Source: the human T2T-CHM13v2.0 reference genome, Homo sapiens
Strand: one strand, 5' to 3'
Assembly (NCBI RefSeq): GCF_009914755.1
Contig: NC_060945.1
Length of the DNA: 64,000 bases
The position numbers and the translations under genes were made by a program. Numbering within the stretch: position 1 is the first letter of the stretch; each line of letters opens with the position of its first letter. The notes below the pieces were generated by a model that worked only from the letters and a program-made list of their open reading frames with translations, was not told where the DNA came from and did not search any database. Shown one piece after another: positions 63,717-64,000 of this stretch.

Positions 63717-64000
63717 AAAGGTGGAAGTGGCTCAAGCACGTTGCAAAGTCCCACAGGGATTCCAAGATCCACCTGGTACTTACCAAGCATCAGCCCAAAC
63801 ACTCTGGACACGGAGAGGTGTGGCGCCTTTTAAAGGAGACACGTGGAATTAAATTTGCTAATCACTTCTCGTGGACTGGGCGGGCACTCCAACTGTATTT
63901 ACTGAGCCAAATGATAAAGAGTTGATCTCTGGATTCATCTGTACTCAACATGAAGTGGTACTATTTAAAAGATCATTTAGGCAGCATGAACTTGTGTAGT

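Overview
Primate (very probably human) genomic DNA. It is Alu-dense (about 40 Alu copies or fragments) and also carries L1, L2/MIR, MaLR/ERVL/ERV1 LTRs and hAT DNA-transposon relics. I recognise no intact protein-coding gene: almost every ORF in the track is an Alu, LTR or simple-repeat artefact. The one clear gene-derived sequence is a processed RPL23A pseudogene on the minus strand (about 51088-51616) with target-site duplications (TSDs). The most interesting structure is a solo ERV1 LTR, MER48-like, at 39732-40501 with TG...CA ends and a GAAAG TSD. Its U3 carries about 380 bp of G-rich polypurine repeats, its core promoter (ETS/FOX, TATA, YY1-like) is intact, and it has no poly(A) hexamer. 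Downstream lie a splice donor, MIR-derived acceptors and poly(A) signals, which together suggest an LTR-driven two-exon lncRNA. Other notable items are a 1.7-kb strand-asymmetric CCCCAACTCACA minisatellite, a perfect 31-bp inverted repeat inside an old LTR, a one-mismatch PRDM9 hotspot 13-mer in a THE1 LTR, a tail-to-tail inverted Alu pair and a CTCF-like motif. Repeat subfamily names come from recalled consensus sequences, not a search, and boundaries are approximate unless a TSD is quoted. Sequence alone does not let me confirm a wholly new biological system here.
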